This document shows, in pieces, positions 20,712-32,888 of a stretch of 39,455 nucleotides of DNA. The stretch's first letter is position 1, and every line of letters begins with the position of its first letter. Under the pieces are notes generated by a model that searched no databases, was not told the DNA's origin, and was given only the letters and a program-made list of their open reading frames with translations. Source of the DNA: Ministeria vibrans ATCC 50519 (taxonomy: Eukaryota; Protista; Filasterea); contig CALSCP010000969.1 in assembly GCA_943704425.1 (NCBI GenBank), positions 1-39,455 of the forward strand, written 5' to 3'. The position numbers and the translations under genes are program-made.

Positions 20712-20785
20712 AATTGCACTATTTGAATAAGAAGAATGATTTAGGACTTAAACTTCTCATATTTTTCTTTCGTCACAGTTCGGAA

Positions 20786-21412
20786 ATGGATCAACATCGT
20801 CAAAGACCAAAGGACTTTGACGAACGGATGCGGTGCAAGCGCGAAGTTCTTCGACGCGCCTCACGACCGTTAAACGACATTGTGTTCAAAACAGAGAGTC
20901 TTGAAGGTCTCTTTGCGTCCCGTTGCGCCTCTCCTGTTACTGCCTAACACCCTTGCTCTGCAGCGTCGCTCAGTGACTGCACGGACATCCTCTCAGAGGC
21001 GGCCAGTCCCGACAACAAACGGCCCGAATACGCACAGGTCATTGTGTCGTCCATTGTCATCTCCACACTCCTCTTTCTCACCTACCACGCACACTTTTAC
21101 GCAACATCCGATGATGCCCAGGCCCATAGGCTTTGAAATAGACGGGGGCAGGGAGCAAAGGGAGATTGTATATCAAATCTATTGTAACATACTCTCAGTT
21201 TTTACTCTACATTCCCTTCACAAGACTCCAATGTTGTGAGTGCCCCGCCACTCACTCGTTTCCAAATGCGCTCAACCACGATTGCCTTGTGTGTGTGTGT
21301 GTGTCTTGTTCATCTCGTGCAGTGTTTTGTGCAGTGACATGGTCGTGACTCCAGTGAGTGAACGCTTGACTCAAGTGCGCTCTTCTTCCAGTCGGATGAG
21401 TGGTGTACTTAG
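20786..21412 (+). CDS. Small multi-exon hypothetical gene; 3' structure uncertain
   Basis: MDQHRQRPKDFDERMRCKREVLRRASRPLNDIVFKTESLE splices in frame (GT 20907, AG 20963) to SLSDCTDILSEAASPDNKRPEYAQ. Further gtgagt..cag intron-like segments follow. No homology recognised. Confidence 0.35.
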
Positions 21413-21560
21413 GCTTCATGACCACCGTCCCATACGCCTTGGTTATCGACACCTGCTCGTGCGACATGTAACTGCGCAACTTATTCTTTTGTGTACCATT
21501 GGGTCACAACGACAATACGTTCCGTCTGCATTGTTACGTCTTATTCTAGTACACACTTGA

Positions 21561-22526
21561 TTACTCTCCATCCTCCTCGTCCTCGTCCTCGTCCTCGTTC
21601 TCGTCCTCGTCCTCATCCTCCTCACCAAAGTCCTCCTCCTCACCAAACTCACCCTCATCCTCCCCTTCCTCTTCCTGCGAGTACTGCAGCGGGTTTGGCC
21701 AGATCTCCTCCTTGATGAGCTCTGCCAGTTCCATGCACTCGGTGCTGTTGCTAGCGAGCCAGGCAAAAAACGCTGACTCGCGCCCATCGTCATCCTCCTC
21801 TTCCTCATCGTCATCCTCCGGACCCGCCTCGTCATCGGCAGGGCGCCTACGCTTCTCTCCGACCTTGCTTGGGTCGGTGGCGGACGCGGGTAGCGGCTCC
21901 AGCAGTGACTTGCCTTCCTTCCAGGTGATCTCCGGCACCGTCACCTCCACGGCGGACGTCTCGCTGTTGACGCGAAACTCCTTGACGAGCGTGCCTGCCG
22001 CCAAGTAGTCGTTGTCGCCAAAGGTGAACTGGATCGCATATCCGCTCTTGATGTCGGCATTCTCGACGACAAACACATCCTGCAGGTGTTCGATGGCGGG
22101 AATGTCACGCGCACTCACGAACTCATTGAGCGCCGCGTGAGACAGGAAAAGATCCAGCCAGAAGTGTGGGATCTGCTGCAGGAGCTTGGAGCGCTCCTGG
22201 TAGTGTGGAAGGCGTTTGACGTTGAATGCAGACTCAATCTGAGGGGGAAAAATGCGTTCAACGTGTGTGTGCTGAGAGTGCTGAGAGTGCTGAGAGAGTG
22301 TGTGTGTGTGCTGTACCTTGAGAATCTCTTCGCTGGCCTCCTCTTGCAGTGACTCAAGCGCCGTCTGGACCTACACACGCGGCAGGAGGGCGTGCAAGGG
22401 AGCGGGTGAGGGGCGTGGAGGGGTTTGGAACGGAACGAGAACCTTTTCAATTGCTTGCAGAGTTTCCTCAAAGGCCTGGCCTTCGTGTCCCTCAGCATCA
22501 GGGTCAACGTGTTGTCTCTTCGACAT
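21561..22526 (-). CDS. SET: NAP-family histone chaperone (SET/TAF-I/NRP-like), 3 exons
   Basis: Q..LE.LQEEASEEILK.E..FN..R.P.YQERS.L...IPHFW, DIKSGY.IQFTF.DN.Y....LVKEF, I.WKEGK, FFAWL, LAELIKEEIWPNPLQY, and an acidic tail. Confidence 0.93.
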
Positions 22527-22596
22527 GGCGATCAGAGAAGAAATAATAATGAGTGATCAGTAAATAAAATCATTTTTTTTTACCTTATTTCTGAGC

Positions 22597-23326
22597 ATGC
22601 GAACCCGTGCACTGCCTCAGAAGGTGTCACTCCTTCCCAACTGGTTTATCAAGTGTGTCAGACCAGGAAAGCCTGTCCCGAGAAATGCTGTACGATTTTT
22701 TTTCGTTTTCATTTTCAGAACGTCTCTCTTTCTGTCTCTCTCTCACTCTCTCTCTCTCGTCTGTTCTTTCCCGGCAACTCACACACGCGCTCTCTGCCTC
22801 ACTGTCTAGGTCCAGTTCCACGTGCCCCTGTCCATGACCAAATTCGACCTCAGCTGCTACCTTGAGCGCATATACGACGTGCGAGTGGGTCTCGTCGAAA
22901 CGGTACGCAAAACTCCATTTTCCTCTCTTTGTTTGCGACTTGTGCCCTCACCGCACGCCACCAATGCACCCCTGTGTGTCAGCCACGTGGGCAGTGCCGT
23001 GGGGCGTCCGTGGAATACGGCTGTGACTTGTCTGTTCTTTATAATGAGACTGACAGTTTATGATTCTGCACTCCACGAGTCAACTTGTCGAAGCGTTGTC
23101 TTTATTCTGTAGTCTCATACGTTAAAATCCTGATAAACACATGTCACGTCTCTTTTACACAGCTGGTTCGCGTCGGTCGTATGTCGCGTGACCGCGAAAC
23201 AGGGCAAATCAGAAGAGGTCCGAGCACCAAAGTGGTAAGCACACATTTCAAGCACACTACTTACACACACACACACGCCATGTGCACATCACACACCACA
23301 CACACACACACGACTTATGTACCACA

Positions 23327-23405
<79 letters not shown>

Positions 23406-23621
23406 AATGTTGTCACACACCCTTTACATACACTAAAAAAAGCACAAATTTTGAACAAAAACTGACCACTGCATCTTTACCAGGCAACGGTGTATCTAAA
23501 GGAAGGCACATTCAAGTTCCCCGATGTATCTGCGCTCTTCAACTTTCCTCTCGAAGACGGACAGGATACGCAAATTGACGACGGAAAGGACAAGAAGAAG
23601 AAGAAGAAGAAGAAGCAGTAG
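22597..23621 (+). CDS. MRPL23: Mitochondrial ribosomal protein uL23m, 4 exons
   Basis: LPNW.IK.VRP...PRNA|VQFHVPLSMTKFDL.CYLERIYDV.V..VET|LVR.GR...K.|ATVYL....FKFPD; TAG at 23619-23621. Confidence 0.9.
23333..23404. repeat. (CA)n microsatellite in an MRPL23 intron
   Basis: About 36 AC units. Confidence 0.97.
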
Positions 23622-23757
23622 GAGGTCTACTATTTCTCAATCATAATTATGTACAAAATAATACGTCTTTTTTTTTTTTAAATTTGCCCGAAGGCAAATG
23701 TTTTTTGGGGTTTCTTTATTTTTTTTTTGCAAGTTTGTTACAGTACGTTACAAGTGA

Positions 23758-24867
23758 TCAGGCCTTGAGTGCTTTGATCTGCTCTTTGAGCTGCTGGCGG
23801 GCCGGTCGGACAGACTGCCGGGCCTCTTTGCGCTCGTGTGGGCTCATGGCGCGCACTTTCTGGCGGAGCGCGCGCATCTCCTGGCGGATTTGGTCCAGCT
23901 GCTGTTGTTTGTCTGTGGGGGATGTCGCAAGAGTCGCCTCTGCGTCCTCAACGGCACGCTTGAGCTGAGTCATGTTCATGCCGTCGTCGGTGGTTGATGT
24001 TGCTGATGTAGTTCCGTCGTCGTTGTCACTGTCGTCCGAGTCAGAGTCGTCCGAGGAAGTCTGTTGTTTGTTCTGGCGCGCAGCTTTGCGTGCCGCCTTG
24101 CGCTCCGCCTTGACCGCCTGGCGCTGCGCCTTGGCTTCTTGGCGCGCTGCCTTGAGTGCCTCGCGCAGCTCTTGGATCTTCTTGTTGAGCGGAACGGTCT
24201 CGGTGTCGTTGGCGGTGGTGTCTTCGTCCTCGAGCTCCCCCTCGTCATCGTCGCCGGTTTTGGTGGTGGCGGCGGTCAGGAGCGTCTTTTGGCGTTCGTT
24301 GAGAGCTCGCATCTTGGAACGCATGTCGGTGATGGCCTGCTCGCGCTCGAGACGAATCTTCTCAAGCTCATCGGTCTGCTCGGGCGTCAGATGCTGCTTG
24401 GCGCGTCCGGCGTGGAACTTGCGTACGCAGCCAGCACCGCCGCGTCCGCCCCATGGACCGTGATGGTGTCCACGGTGGTGGAAGTGAGGCGGGTGAGCAA
24501 CGTGCTCTGCAGCAGCCGGGCCGTGTTGGTAGTGGAAGTGTCCACCATGGCCCCAGCAATGGCCAGTGCCACCGCCGCGACCACCAGCTCCGCCGCCGCC
24601 GCCATGGCCGCCGCCGCCGCCGCCGCCGCCGCCACCGCCGCCGCCACCGCCGCCATGGCGACCACCGCCGCCACCACCATGGCAACCGCCGCCGCCACCG
24701 TGGTGTCCGTGGTGTCCGTGGTGTCCGTGGTGGCGATGATGGGGAAACGCGGGAGGAGCGCCTCCTTCGGCGGAGGGCTCAAAATGCGGCGGGAATGGCG
24801 TAGGCTCAAAAGCAGGAGTGCACATGGCTGGAGTTGAGTTGGTTGTTTGTTTGGTATCGGTATACAT
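23758..24867 (-). CDS. His/Gly-rich coiled-coil protein with LTxxQ (Spy/CpxP/ZraP-like) motif, intronless
   Basis: 369-aa ORF from the first ATG; HHG repeats, poly-Gly, GPWGGRGG..HLTPEQTDELEKIRLE...DMRSKMRAL...LLTA, and a second segment QLDQIRQEMRALRQKVRAMSPHERKE. Confidence 0.7.
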   Translation of the reverse strand: MYTDTKQTTNSTPAMCTPAFEPTPFPPHFEPSAEGGAPPAFPHHRHHGHHGHHGHHGGGGGCHGGGGGGRHGGGGGGGGGGGGGGGGHGGGGGAGGRGGGTGHCWGHGGHFHYQHGPAAAEHVAHPPHFHHRGHHHGPWGGRGGAGCVRKFHAGRAKQHLTPEQTDELEKIRLEREQAITDMRSKMRALNERQKTLLTAATTKTGDDDEGELEDEDTTANDTETVPLNKKIQELREALKAARQEAKAQRQAVKAERKAARKAARQNKQQTSSDDSDSDDSDNDDGTTSATSTTDDGMNMTQLKRAVEDAEATLATSPTDKQQQLDQIRQEMRALRQKVRAMSPHERKEARQSVRPARQQLKEQIKALKA

Positions 24868-25341
24868 GAAAGTGGGTGAAAAAAATGACTGATAATTCAA
24901 TTATTTCGCGCTTTTATACTTTTGGTCTTGGCGACGTTGGCGGACGATTGAAAAATTCCCCGCCAAGAACGTCGAAGAACGTTTGTTTTTCGAATTCCCA
25001 AGACCACACGACTTGTTTTCACCACGCGTGCACGCCCACGCATGCAAAAACATGTACTACAGTGTAATCAATGTGGAGCGCTTGGCGTATACAGCTCTCT
25101 GTAGGCGTAGGCAGATGTTTTTCAAAACGAGATGGTCGAGCAAACTGTATTTGGAAAAAAATTAAGTCAGTATAGAGAAGAATAGGGATGTTTTTTCTAC
25201 TAAGGGCGAGAACAGGCTGTCGAGTGAGAATGTGAGATGAGGTTACAATGAGAGTCGTTGGAGGTGGGTGTTTCTGGTGGTATTTTCAAATGGTATAGAA
25301 CGACTGAGAGAAATCTCCAAAAAGTATATAATTATGTAGCT

Positions 25342-27345
25342 TTACTCAGCTGCTGCCGCCGTCGCAGCAGCAGCACTCGCCTTCTTGCGCTTTCCCTTCT
25401 TGACCGGCTTCTCCGTCGACTCATCCTCCGCGTCACTCGCACCAGCACCTGCACCATCTTCGCCAGTTGCCATGGCACCACCACCCCCATCACCGCCCGC
25501 AATGGCCCGTTGCAGTCCCAACTGTGCTGCGGCGCACTTTTGCCCCAGAATGCGCAGTGCCTCAGTCACAAGCACTGCCGGAGGCAGAATCCCAGTGCTC
25601 TCCACGTCAACTGAAACACAAATAGTACGTATATGTTAGCATTGAGTTTGAGTAAGCAAATTTAGAGATTGAGTGAGATGGGGAGTGACTCAGTGAAAGA
25701 AAGAACGAAAGAGAGAGTTGCTTACAAATGAAATGATCTGGAGCCCGTTCGACGGAAACCTTTCCAGTAAATTCCTCGTGACGGAACACTTCGCGACTCA
25801 TTGTGCATTTGCGCGGGTCATCCACAAACGCAACTAAAAACCGTACATTGAAAAGTGAGTGAGTGTGAGAGATTGATTGGGAAAGAGCGAGTGGTTTTAG
25901 AATGTGTGAATGGATTGAACAGAATGAATGAGAGTGACTTATGTTTCTCTTCGAACCTCCCTGATCGTTGATTCCAATGACACCCTTGACAAAACAGTCT
26001 CTGAGGCGCACTGCAGCATCGCCCTTGATTGTTTCGAGCAATGTAATCTTGGGGAGCAGACGGTATGAAGCTGTGCCAACTGGAGACCACTTGGCGTGCG
26101 TGCGCCCAATGCCTGACAGGGAGAAACAAGGAGTGTGAGTGTGATTGTGTGCAAATTATTGATGACAAAAACTAGGGCTATTGTAACACAATTTTTAAAT
26201 GTATTGGGGGGTTTTTGGGAGGGTAAAAAGCAAGACGTTTCTAATTTTCAACTTGCTTGTTAGGGATTCGCTGAAATGTCAACTCTGTTACCTTTTGCGC
26301 AGTGGAGAGTCACGTCAATTTCCTGACCGGGGCGCAACTTGGCCACGAGAATGTCTGGATCCGCAACGACACAGCCCATTGGACCGCCCACCAGAGTCTC
26401 TTGGGACCCCAATGCGTTCCATTCGATTTGTCGCGCGTAAACCTGAAACCCCCTCGCGTCTTTAATTTGCCTTTTTGATTTTTTGCTTCAGTCGAACCTT
26501 TGAGTTTTTGTAGCGGTGATCCGGGTTGGTCTCATCTGCGGCAGCTTGTGGGTTCTTTTCGCATCTAATGCACACACAAAAAGAAATTAAAACCTTGACA
26601 AATAATTAATCATGCTCTGACTTGATTTTCAACTTGAACTCAAGCGTGTCCTTGTCTGTCGGATCGGCCTTTCCGGTCGGTCGGTAGTTGAACAGTCTCG
26701 GGTCGACTTTGATGGGAATGAGTCCCAGTCTAAGCAGCAGGAGAGGCGTGGTTGGGGTTGAGACGACGTGTGACTGTGCGATCGCATCCAAACGAAACTC
26801 TACCTGTGCGCCAGCACCTCGTCCTGGATGATGCTGGTGTTCTTGGCTATGTACACATCTTCAATGGCCATCGTGGGCACTTCGGCAATGAGAATGCGGC
26901 GCACAGCATTGGCAAAGGACGCGTCCACGCCGATCATGTCAAACTGCAAAAGAGAGAGCGACGACTCGCCAGCGAATCAGCGCCTGGCACCCCCCCACCC
27001 CGCCACCAGCCCCCCTCCCTGGACGGGTGCTCTCCCGTTGTACTACCTGTAGGTCTCTTCCGTCGTCGCTCAGTGTCTTAAAGTCGACCTTGAAGTTTCT
27101 TTGAAAGCTGCAAGAGAGAACATGAGAAAGGCGGAAACGCACGAGGCAGCGGGAAGCGCCCACACGACAGAGAGTAGTGGGGCTGTAGTAGGTAGCGAGG
27201 GACCAGAGGGCCCGTCGGGGGAGTGGAGAGGGGAAGACTGTAAGAATTTCGCGTACAGCTCAAGAGGCGTTGCGTCTTGTCGCCCAGCATTGGGAGCAGG
27301 TAGATTTGTCACACCGGCGCCTGTCACAATGATGCGACCGGCCAT
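25342..27345 (-). CDS. POLR1C: RNA polymerase I/III subunit AC40 (RPAC1/RPC40), multi-exon
   Basis: [29 protein letters not shown]....[13 protein letters not shown]|[66 protein letters not shown]. Confidence 0.97.
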
Positions 27346-27421
27346 AGTGATTAGTGAAGAAAAAGAAATTAATTTTGATTTTGATCTTCAAAAAATCAAT
27401 TTTATTCAATCCTTTTGTAAG

Positions 27422-29739
27422 ATGAAGACCGCCACCGTTGTCCTCCTCTTCGCCGCGTGCGCCTTTGCCGCACCCATCGTGCCTACCGACTGGCTCCAGT
27501 GGGGCTCTGCGACGGCCGATGGTGCTCTCACCTTTGACATTGCGCTCCATCTCCGCAACGGAGAGCTCCTCTCCAAGCTCGTCATGGACGTCAGCGACCC
27601 CAAGAGCTCCGCCTACGGTATGATCCTTCTCTCTGCGATGTGTCTTCTTTCTTTTTCCCTTTTTTTTTTTTTTTTTGTTCATCTTCGCTCTCTCTTCGTT
27701 TTCCAAACAATGACTCGTTTGGGCCTTTGCGATCACCACCGCGCGTCTGCATGGCCCGCCAGCGCATGCAAGGCGACCCTGGGCGTCGACTTCAGCCCTC
27801 CGCGGCCCTCCTTCGTCTGGTCCCGTGATCCTGTCACCCTTTTTTTGTGTGTTTGTTTGTCATCGACATTGCAAAAACTGCTCTCTCTCCCTCAAATACC
27901 CCGTCTCTCTCTCCGCTTCTGAGCACACGCACCCTCGATTGCACCCACTGGTCGTATGGCTCCCGCATGTTCCGTTGATTCTCTTTGCTTATTATGTGAT
28001 CACTGTGTTTTTTTTTTTGATCGTGATTGTTCTCCCTTTTCCGTTTTTAGGCGATTTCCTCACTGGAAAGGACCTCGAAGAGCTCACCGGTGCCACTGAT
28101 GAGGCCATCGCCGCCGTCTCCGCCTGGGTTGCCGTAAGATTCTTTAGTTTCTTTCTTTCTTTCTTTTTTCTTCGTTTTTGTTCTCATTATTATTTTTTAT
28201 ATTCTTCCTTTCTTTCTTCTTTGCAGACCCACGGTGGCAGCGTCTCGGTGACCGCCCTCCGCGGCATGATCCGCACCACCATGACTGTGTCGCAGATTGA
28301 GAAGATGCTCCAGATTTCGCTGTCCGAGTTCACCCACACGCGCACTGCGTCGCGCATTGTGCGCACTCTGGACGCGCCCGTCATCCCCGACGAGCTCAAG
28401 CAGCACATTGACGTCGTCTACGGCCTCACCTCGTTCCCCATCATCCGTGACCTCAAGTTCCACAACGCCCCCGAGGTCGACTCGGTCACTCCGTCGCTTC
28501 TGCGCACTCTCTACGGCGTCAACGAGGCCTACACCGGCAGCTCCAAGTCGCAGCAGGCTCTCGCCGAGTTCCAGTCGCAGTCCTACTCTCCCACCGATCT
28601 CAAGAAGTTCCTCGCCGATTTCTCTCTCCCCGACCAGGTCATGGTCAACGAGACTGGCAACCACGATACCGGCCACGGAATCGAGGTACAGCGACAGCGA
28701 CCGACCAACAAACAAACAACCAACGCCTTTCTCACACACCTATTTTTGTACTTTGTTTCCTTCTTAGGCCAACCTCGACGTGCAGTACATCATGGCTATG
28801 GGCCAGCTGATCCCCACCGACTTCTACCTCCACCAGGGTATGCAGTTCGATCTCATTGGCTGGATCACTTCCGTTGAGGTGTCACCCACCCTCCAGAACG
28901 TCCGTGTCTGGTCTGTCTCGTACGGCGAGGCCCTCGAGGCTGTCACCGTCGAGTACGCCCAGCGTCTCGACCAGGAGTTTCAGAAGGTTGCCGTCCTCGG
29001 CACCTCCATCATCTTTGCTAGCGGTAAGGAGAGGAGGGTGTAGGAGTGATTCGTTTAGGCAAATCTCTTAAATCAAACAAAACAACAAACAAACCCCGAC
29101 TGAACCATTACTTCTACTCTCTCTTTTCCTTACAATTCAACTGCAGGTGACAGCGGTGTCTACTCGCGCACCGGTGGCTTCACCAAGTTCCACCCGTCAT
29201 TCCCGGCATGCTTGCCCACCGTCACTGCCGTCGGCGCGACGCAGCTCGACAACGGCGAGGAGAAGCAGGGTGTCAGCTGGTCCGGCGGTGGCTTCTCCTA
29301 CTCCAACTACTTCACACGCCCCACCTACCAGGACTCGGCTGTCAACGGCTACCTCAACAGCGGCGTTGCTCTGCCCCCCTCCGACATGTGGGACTCCAAG
29401 GGTCGCGCCTTCCCCGACGTCTCTGCCCAGGGCGTCAACTACCAGATTGTCGAGCGTGGCGTCAAGACTGGTGTCTCAGGCACCAGCGCCGCCTGCCCCT
29501 GCTTCGCCGGCATCGTCGCTCTTATCAACGACCACCGTTTGGCCGCCGGCAAGAAGGCCCTCGGCTTCCTCAACCCCTTCCTCTACCAGAATGCCGATGC
29601 GCTCAACGACATCACCGAGGGCACCAACAGCAACGGCCACCAGTACGGCTTCACCGCCACCAAGGGCTTCGACCCCGTCACCGGCCTCGGTACCCCCAAC
29701 TACCCCAAGCTCAAGGCCGCCGCCATGGCTCTTCCTTGA
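27422..29739 (+). CDS. TPP1: Sedolisin / tripeptidyl-peptidase I-like S53 peptidase (physarolisin-like) with signal peptide and prodomain, 5 exons
   Basis: Signal MKTATVVLLFAACAFA; prodomain VSDPKSSAYG; catalytic E|ANLD; oxyanion SG|DSG; GTSAACP serine; Ca-site GFDPVTGLGTPN. Strong C-ending codon bias. Confidence 0.93.
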
Positions 29740-30012
29740 AAAAATAAACTGCTTCAATAATCGTTGAACGAGTTTTAATTGTTTCTTGAGAGTTCAGTGA
29801 GAACGTGTGAGTTAGATAGGTGCACAATGCTTGAGTGATCTTTGAGGAGAATCAATCTGCTCGCGCATGAATTTGACAAACCGTTGCTCTCTCGCATTGG
29901 ATGCAGGAGGGCATAAACAAGTATGAAGTTGCAATGAAGGGCAGGATAATTTTCACTAAAGAGCGACAAATTTATTGATTATTCATTAATTTTCAGATAA
30001 AAAAAAATCATA

Positions 30013-32505
30013 ATGTACATCTCGGTTGGGTGCAACCGTGTCGCTGCATGTGTTGATATGCACCCGTCGGGTGTGGTGGCGGCCTGTGTTGCCAATTCCA
30101 TTGGTACAGTTGTGTTTTTCTCAAGTGATTGCTCATTTTTTCGCTTTTTTTTCCTCCAGTCATCTTCAACGCTGTGGGCGGCCAGACGCTTGCGATTGGA
30201 CGGGGCCACACGGGGCAGGCAGAGTGTGTGGCGTGGGTCGACGCGACGACGCTGGTGTCGGGCGGTGCAGACCACACTTGTCGTGTGTGGCGACGCGACG
30301 GCGACACGCGACTGGCGCTCGTCGGCACGCTGACGGGCCACACGGAGACGGTGGTCGCCATTTCTGCACTCCGCATCGCCGCCAACGATGGAAAACCAGC
30401 GTGTACGCTTGTGGCGAGTGCCGCTGGCGACGGCTCGACGCGACTGTGGCGCGAACAGTGCGACGGCAACTTTGAGGAGCTTGCGTCGTTCACCTCGCCC
30501 AAACACTACACCAATGCAGTGACCCTGCGCTTGCTCTGGGGTGCCGACGACCCCGAAGGTAGCACTACCTCGCGTGTCGTTATGGCAACCGGAGGCACAC
30601 AAGGCACGGTACAGGTGTATGTTGCGCGTGAAGATGGCTCCGCGATGCAGCTCGCCTCGACACTGGTCGGTCATGCCGACTGGATTCGTTCTGCGCAACT
30701 AAGCTATGCACCCCTCGACGACGGCGACTGGCTACTGGCGACGGCCGATCAAGATGCCATTGTGCGTCTGTGGCGTCTCCACATTGTCGCTGCCGCGACG
30801 ACTGCCTCACCGCCTTCACTCAGTGCCCTGTCGCTCGCCGACAAGCTCATTGGGACGCCACGCCAAGTGTCCACGGCCCACGGCATCACCACGACCATCA
30901 CACTTGAATCAGTGGTGTGTGGTCACGAAGAGCGCATTTACAGTGTGCGATGGCAGCCGCCGCAGCCGCCGCACGAGCGCACGCAGCCCCTGTCACTGCT
31001 GACTTCCTCCATGGACAAGACTGTGCTGCTCTGGCGTCCCGAGCGCGACTCGGGCGTCTGGGTGCCAGTGTCTCGTTTGGGTGATTTGGGCGGCAACACA
31101 CTGGGCTTCTACGGCGCAGTGATTTCGGCGGGAGGACAAGCGATTGTCGCGCACAACGGCACAGGCAAATGGTTTCTATGGGCGTTGCAACAGCAGTCGA
31201 AAGCGGACGAGGAGGAGGGTGAAGGGAGCGGCGCGTCGTCGTTGTTGACTACGTCGGCTGTGGTGCGGTACCAAAGCCAACCGACCATGACGGGTCATTC
31301 GGCGGCAGTGCACGACATCGCATGGAGCCCCACTGGCGAAGGGATGGTCCTGTCGACGGGCGATGACCAGACGACCCGCCTGCACGTTGCACTGCTTGAC
31401 ACGGCGACTGGTGAGAGGGGTTGGTGTGAGCTGGCGCGGCCGCAGGTGCACGGACACGATTTGCACACGGTGAGTTTTGTTGGGGGTTCGCCACTGCGCT
31501 TTGTGAGTGGCGCTGAGGAGAAGATTTTGCGTCTGTTTGCGGCCACGAGCAACTTTTGTGTGTCGAGTGGACGACTGGCGGGTCTGGCGTTCAGCGAGCA
31601 ACAGCGCACAGTGGTTGCGCTTGGGGCGAGTGTGCCTGCGCTGGGCCTGTCGAACAAGGCAGTGTTTGAGTCGGATGTGGACGGACGCAGTGCGACTGTG
31701 AATGCCTTTGACGAAGAGAATCCTGCCAGCTACAGTTTCAATCCACTCACACTTGAGCGGCCGCCCACTGAGACAGACTTGCTGCAGAACACACTTTGGC
31801 CCGAGACACACAAGATGTACGGGCATGGCGATGAGATATCGTGTGTGGCGGCGCATGGGAAGTGGATTGCAAGTGCGTGTAAGGCGCGTACAGACTCACA
31901 CGCGAGTGTCATTGTGTGGGCGACCGCGACTGGCATGAGTGTTCAGACGCTCAGGGCTCACTCACTCACAGTCACACAGCTGTGCTTCTCGCCCAATGGC
32001 CGTTTCTTGCTCTCCGTCTCGCGCGACCGACACTGGTCGTTGTTTGTGCGGCGACCTTCCATTTCAAAGGAGGGGGAGGAGGAGGAAAGTGAACCCTTTG
32101 TGCTGGTGGAGCGGGTGAAAGCGCATGAGCGGATTTTGTGGGCGTGTGCGTGGCACTCGGACAGCCTACGGTTTGCCACGGCGTCACGCGACAAGACAGT
32201 TCGATGGTGGCGTATTGAAGAAGGAGGCGACGACACCTCTGTGAAGGTGACTCTCGTCTCCACCATTGGCCCACTCGCAGACAGTGCAACGGCTGTCGCA
32301 GTTCTCAACGACAGTAGCAGCAGCGCCGCCCGACTCCTCATTGGCCTTGACAATGGCCAACTCGTCGCCGTCGAGGCGTGTGACGATGCCTCAGCCTTTG
32401 GCCCGTGCACCTCCATTGTCATTCCCGACGCACTACCTCATTCGATGACCATTACGCGCATTCTCTCGTGCCCCACCAAACCCAATTTGATCGCAACCTG
32501 CGGCG
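30013..32505 (+). CDS. ELP2: Elongator complex subunit 2 (WD40); 3' end falls in the gap; intron 30104-30159
   Basis: GHADWIRS, LESVV.GHEE.IYSVRW, SSMDKT..LW.P...SGVW....RLGDLGGNTLGFYG, ELARPQVHGHDL, FVSGAEEKILR.F, GASVPALGLSNKAV, PPTE..LLQNTLWPE..K.YGHG, HSLTVTQL.FSP, H.RILW.C.W. Confidence 0.97.
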
Positions 32506-32734
32506 NNNNNNNNNNNNNNNNNNNNNNNNNNNNNNNNNNNNNNNNNNNNNNNNNNNNNNNNNNNNNNNNNNNNNNNNNNNNNNNNNNNNNNNNNNNNNNN
32601 NNNNNNNNNNNNNNNNNNNNNNNNNNNNNNNNNNNNNNNNNNNNNNNNNNNNNNNNNNNNNNNNNNNNNNNNNNNNNNNNNNNNNNNNNNNNNNNNNNNN
32701 NNNNNNNNNNNNNNNNNNNNNNNNNNNNNNNNNN
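32506..32734. other. Assembly gap (N run)
   Basis: 229 N. Confidence 1.
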
Positions 32735-32888
32735 AATGAAGTGAAAAGTTTACTCAAGATGATAATTAATCCAAGCGAGAGTTGTACTTTATTATTCATT
32801 TAATAATAATAATCTTCTTCTTCTATAATATTATTTTATTTATCAATGATTGTCTTCATCATAAAAACAAATATTGTCATGTGGGGGT

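Noticed and set aside
21392-21471. In-frame TGA before VVYLGFMTTVPYALVIDTCSCDM as a possible selenocysteine codon
   Set aside because: There is no selenoprotein homology or recognisable SECIS, and another frame ends normally at TAG 21410-21412.
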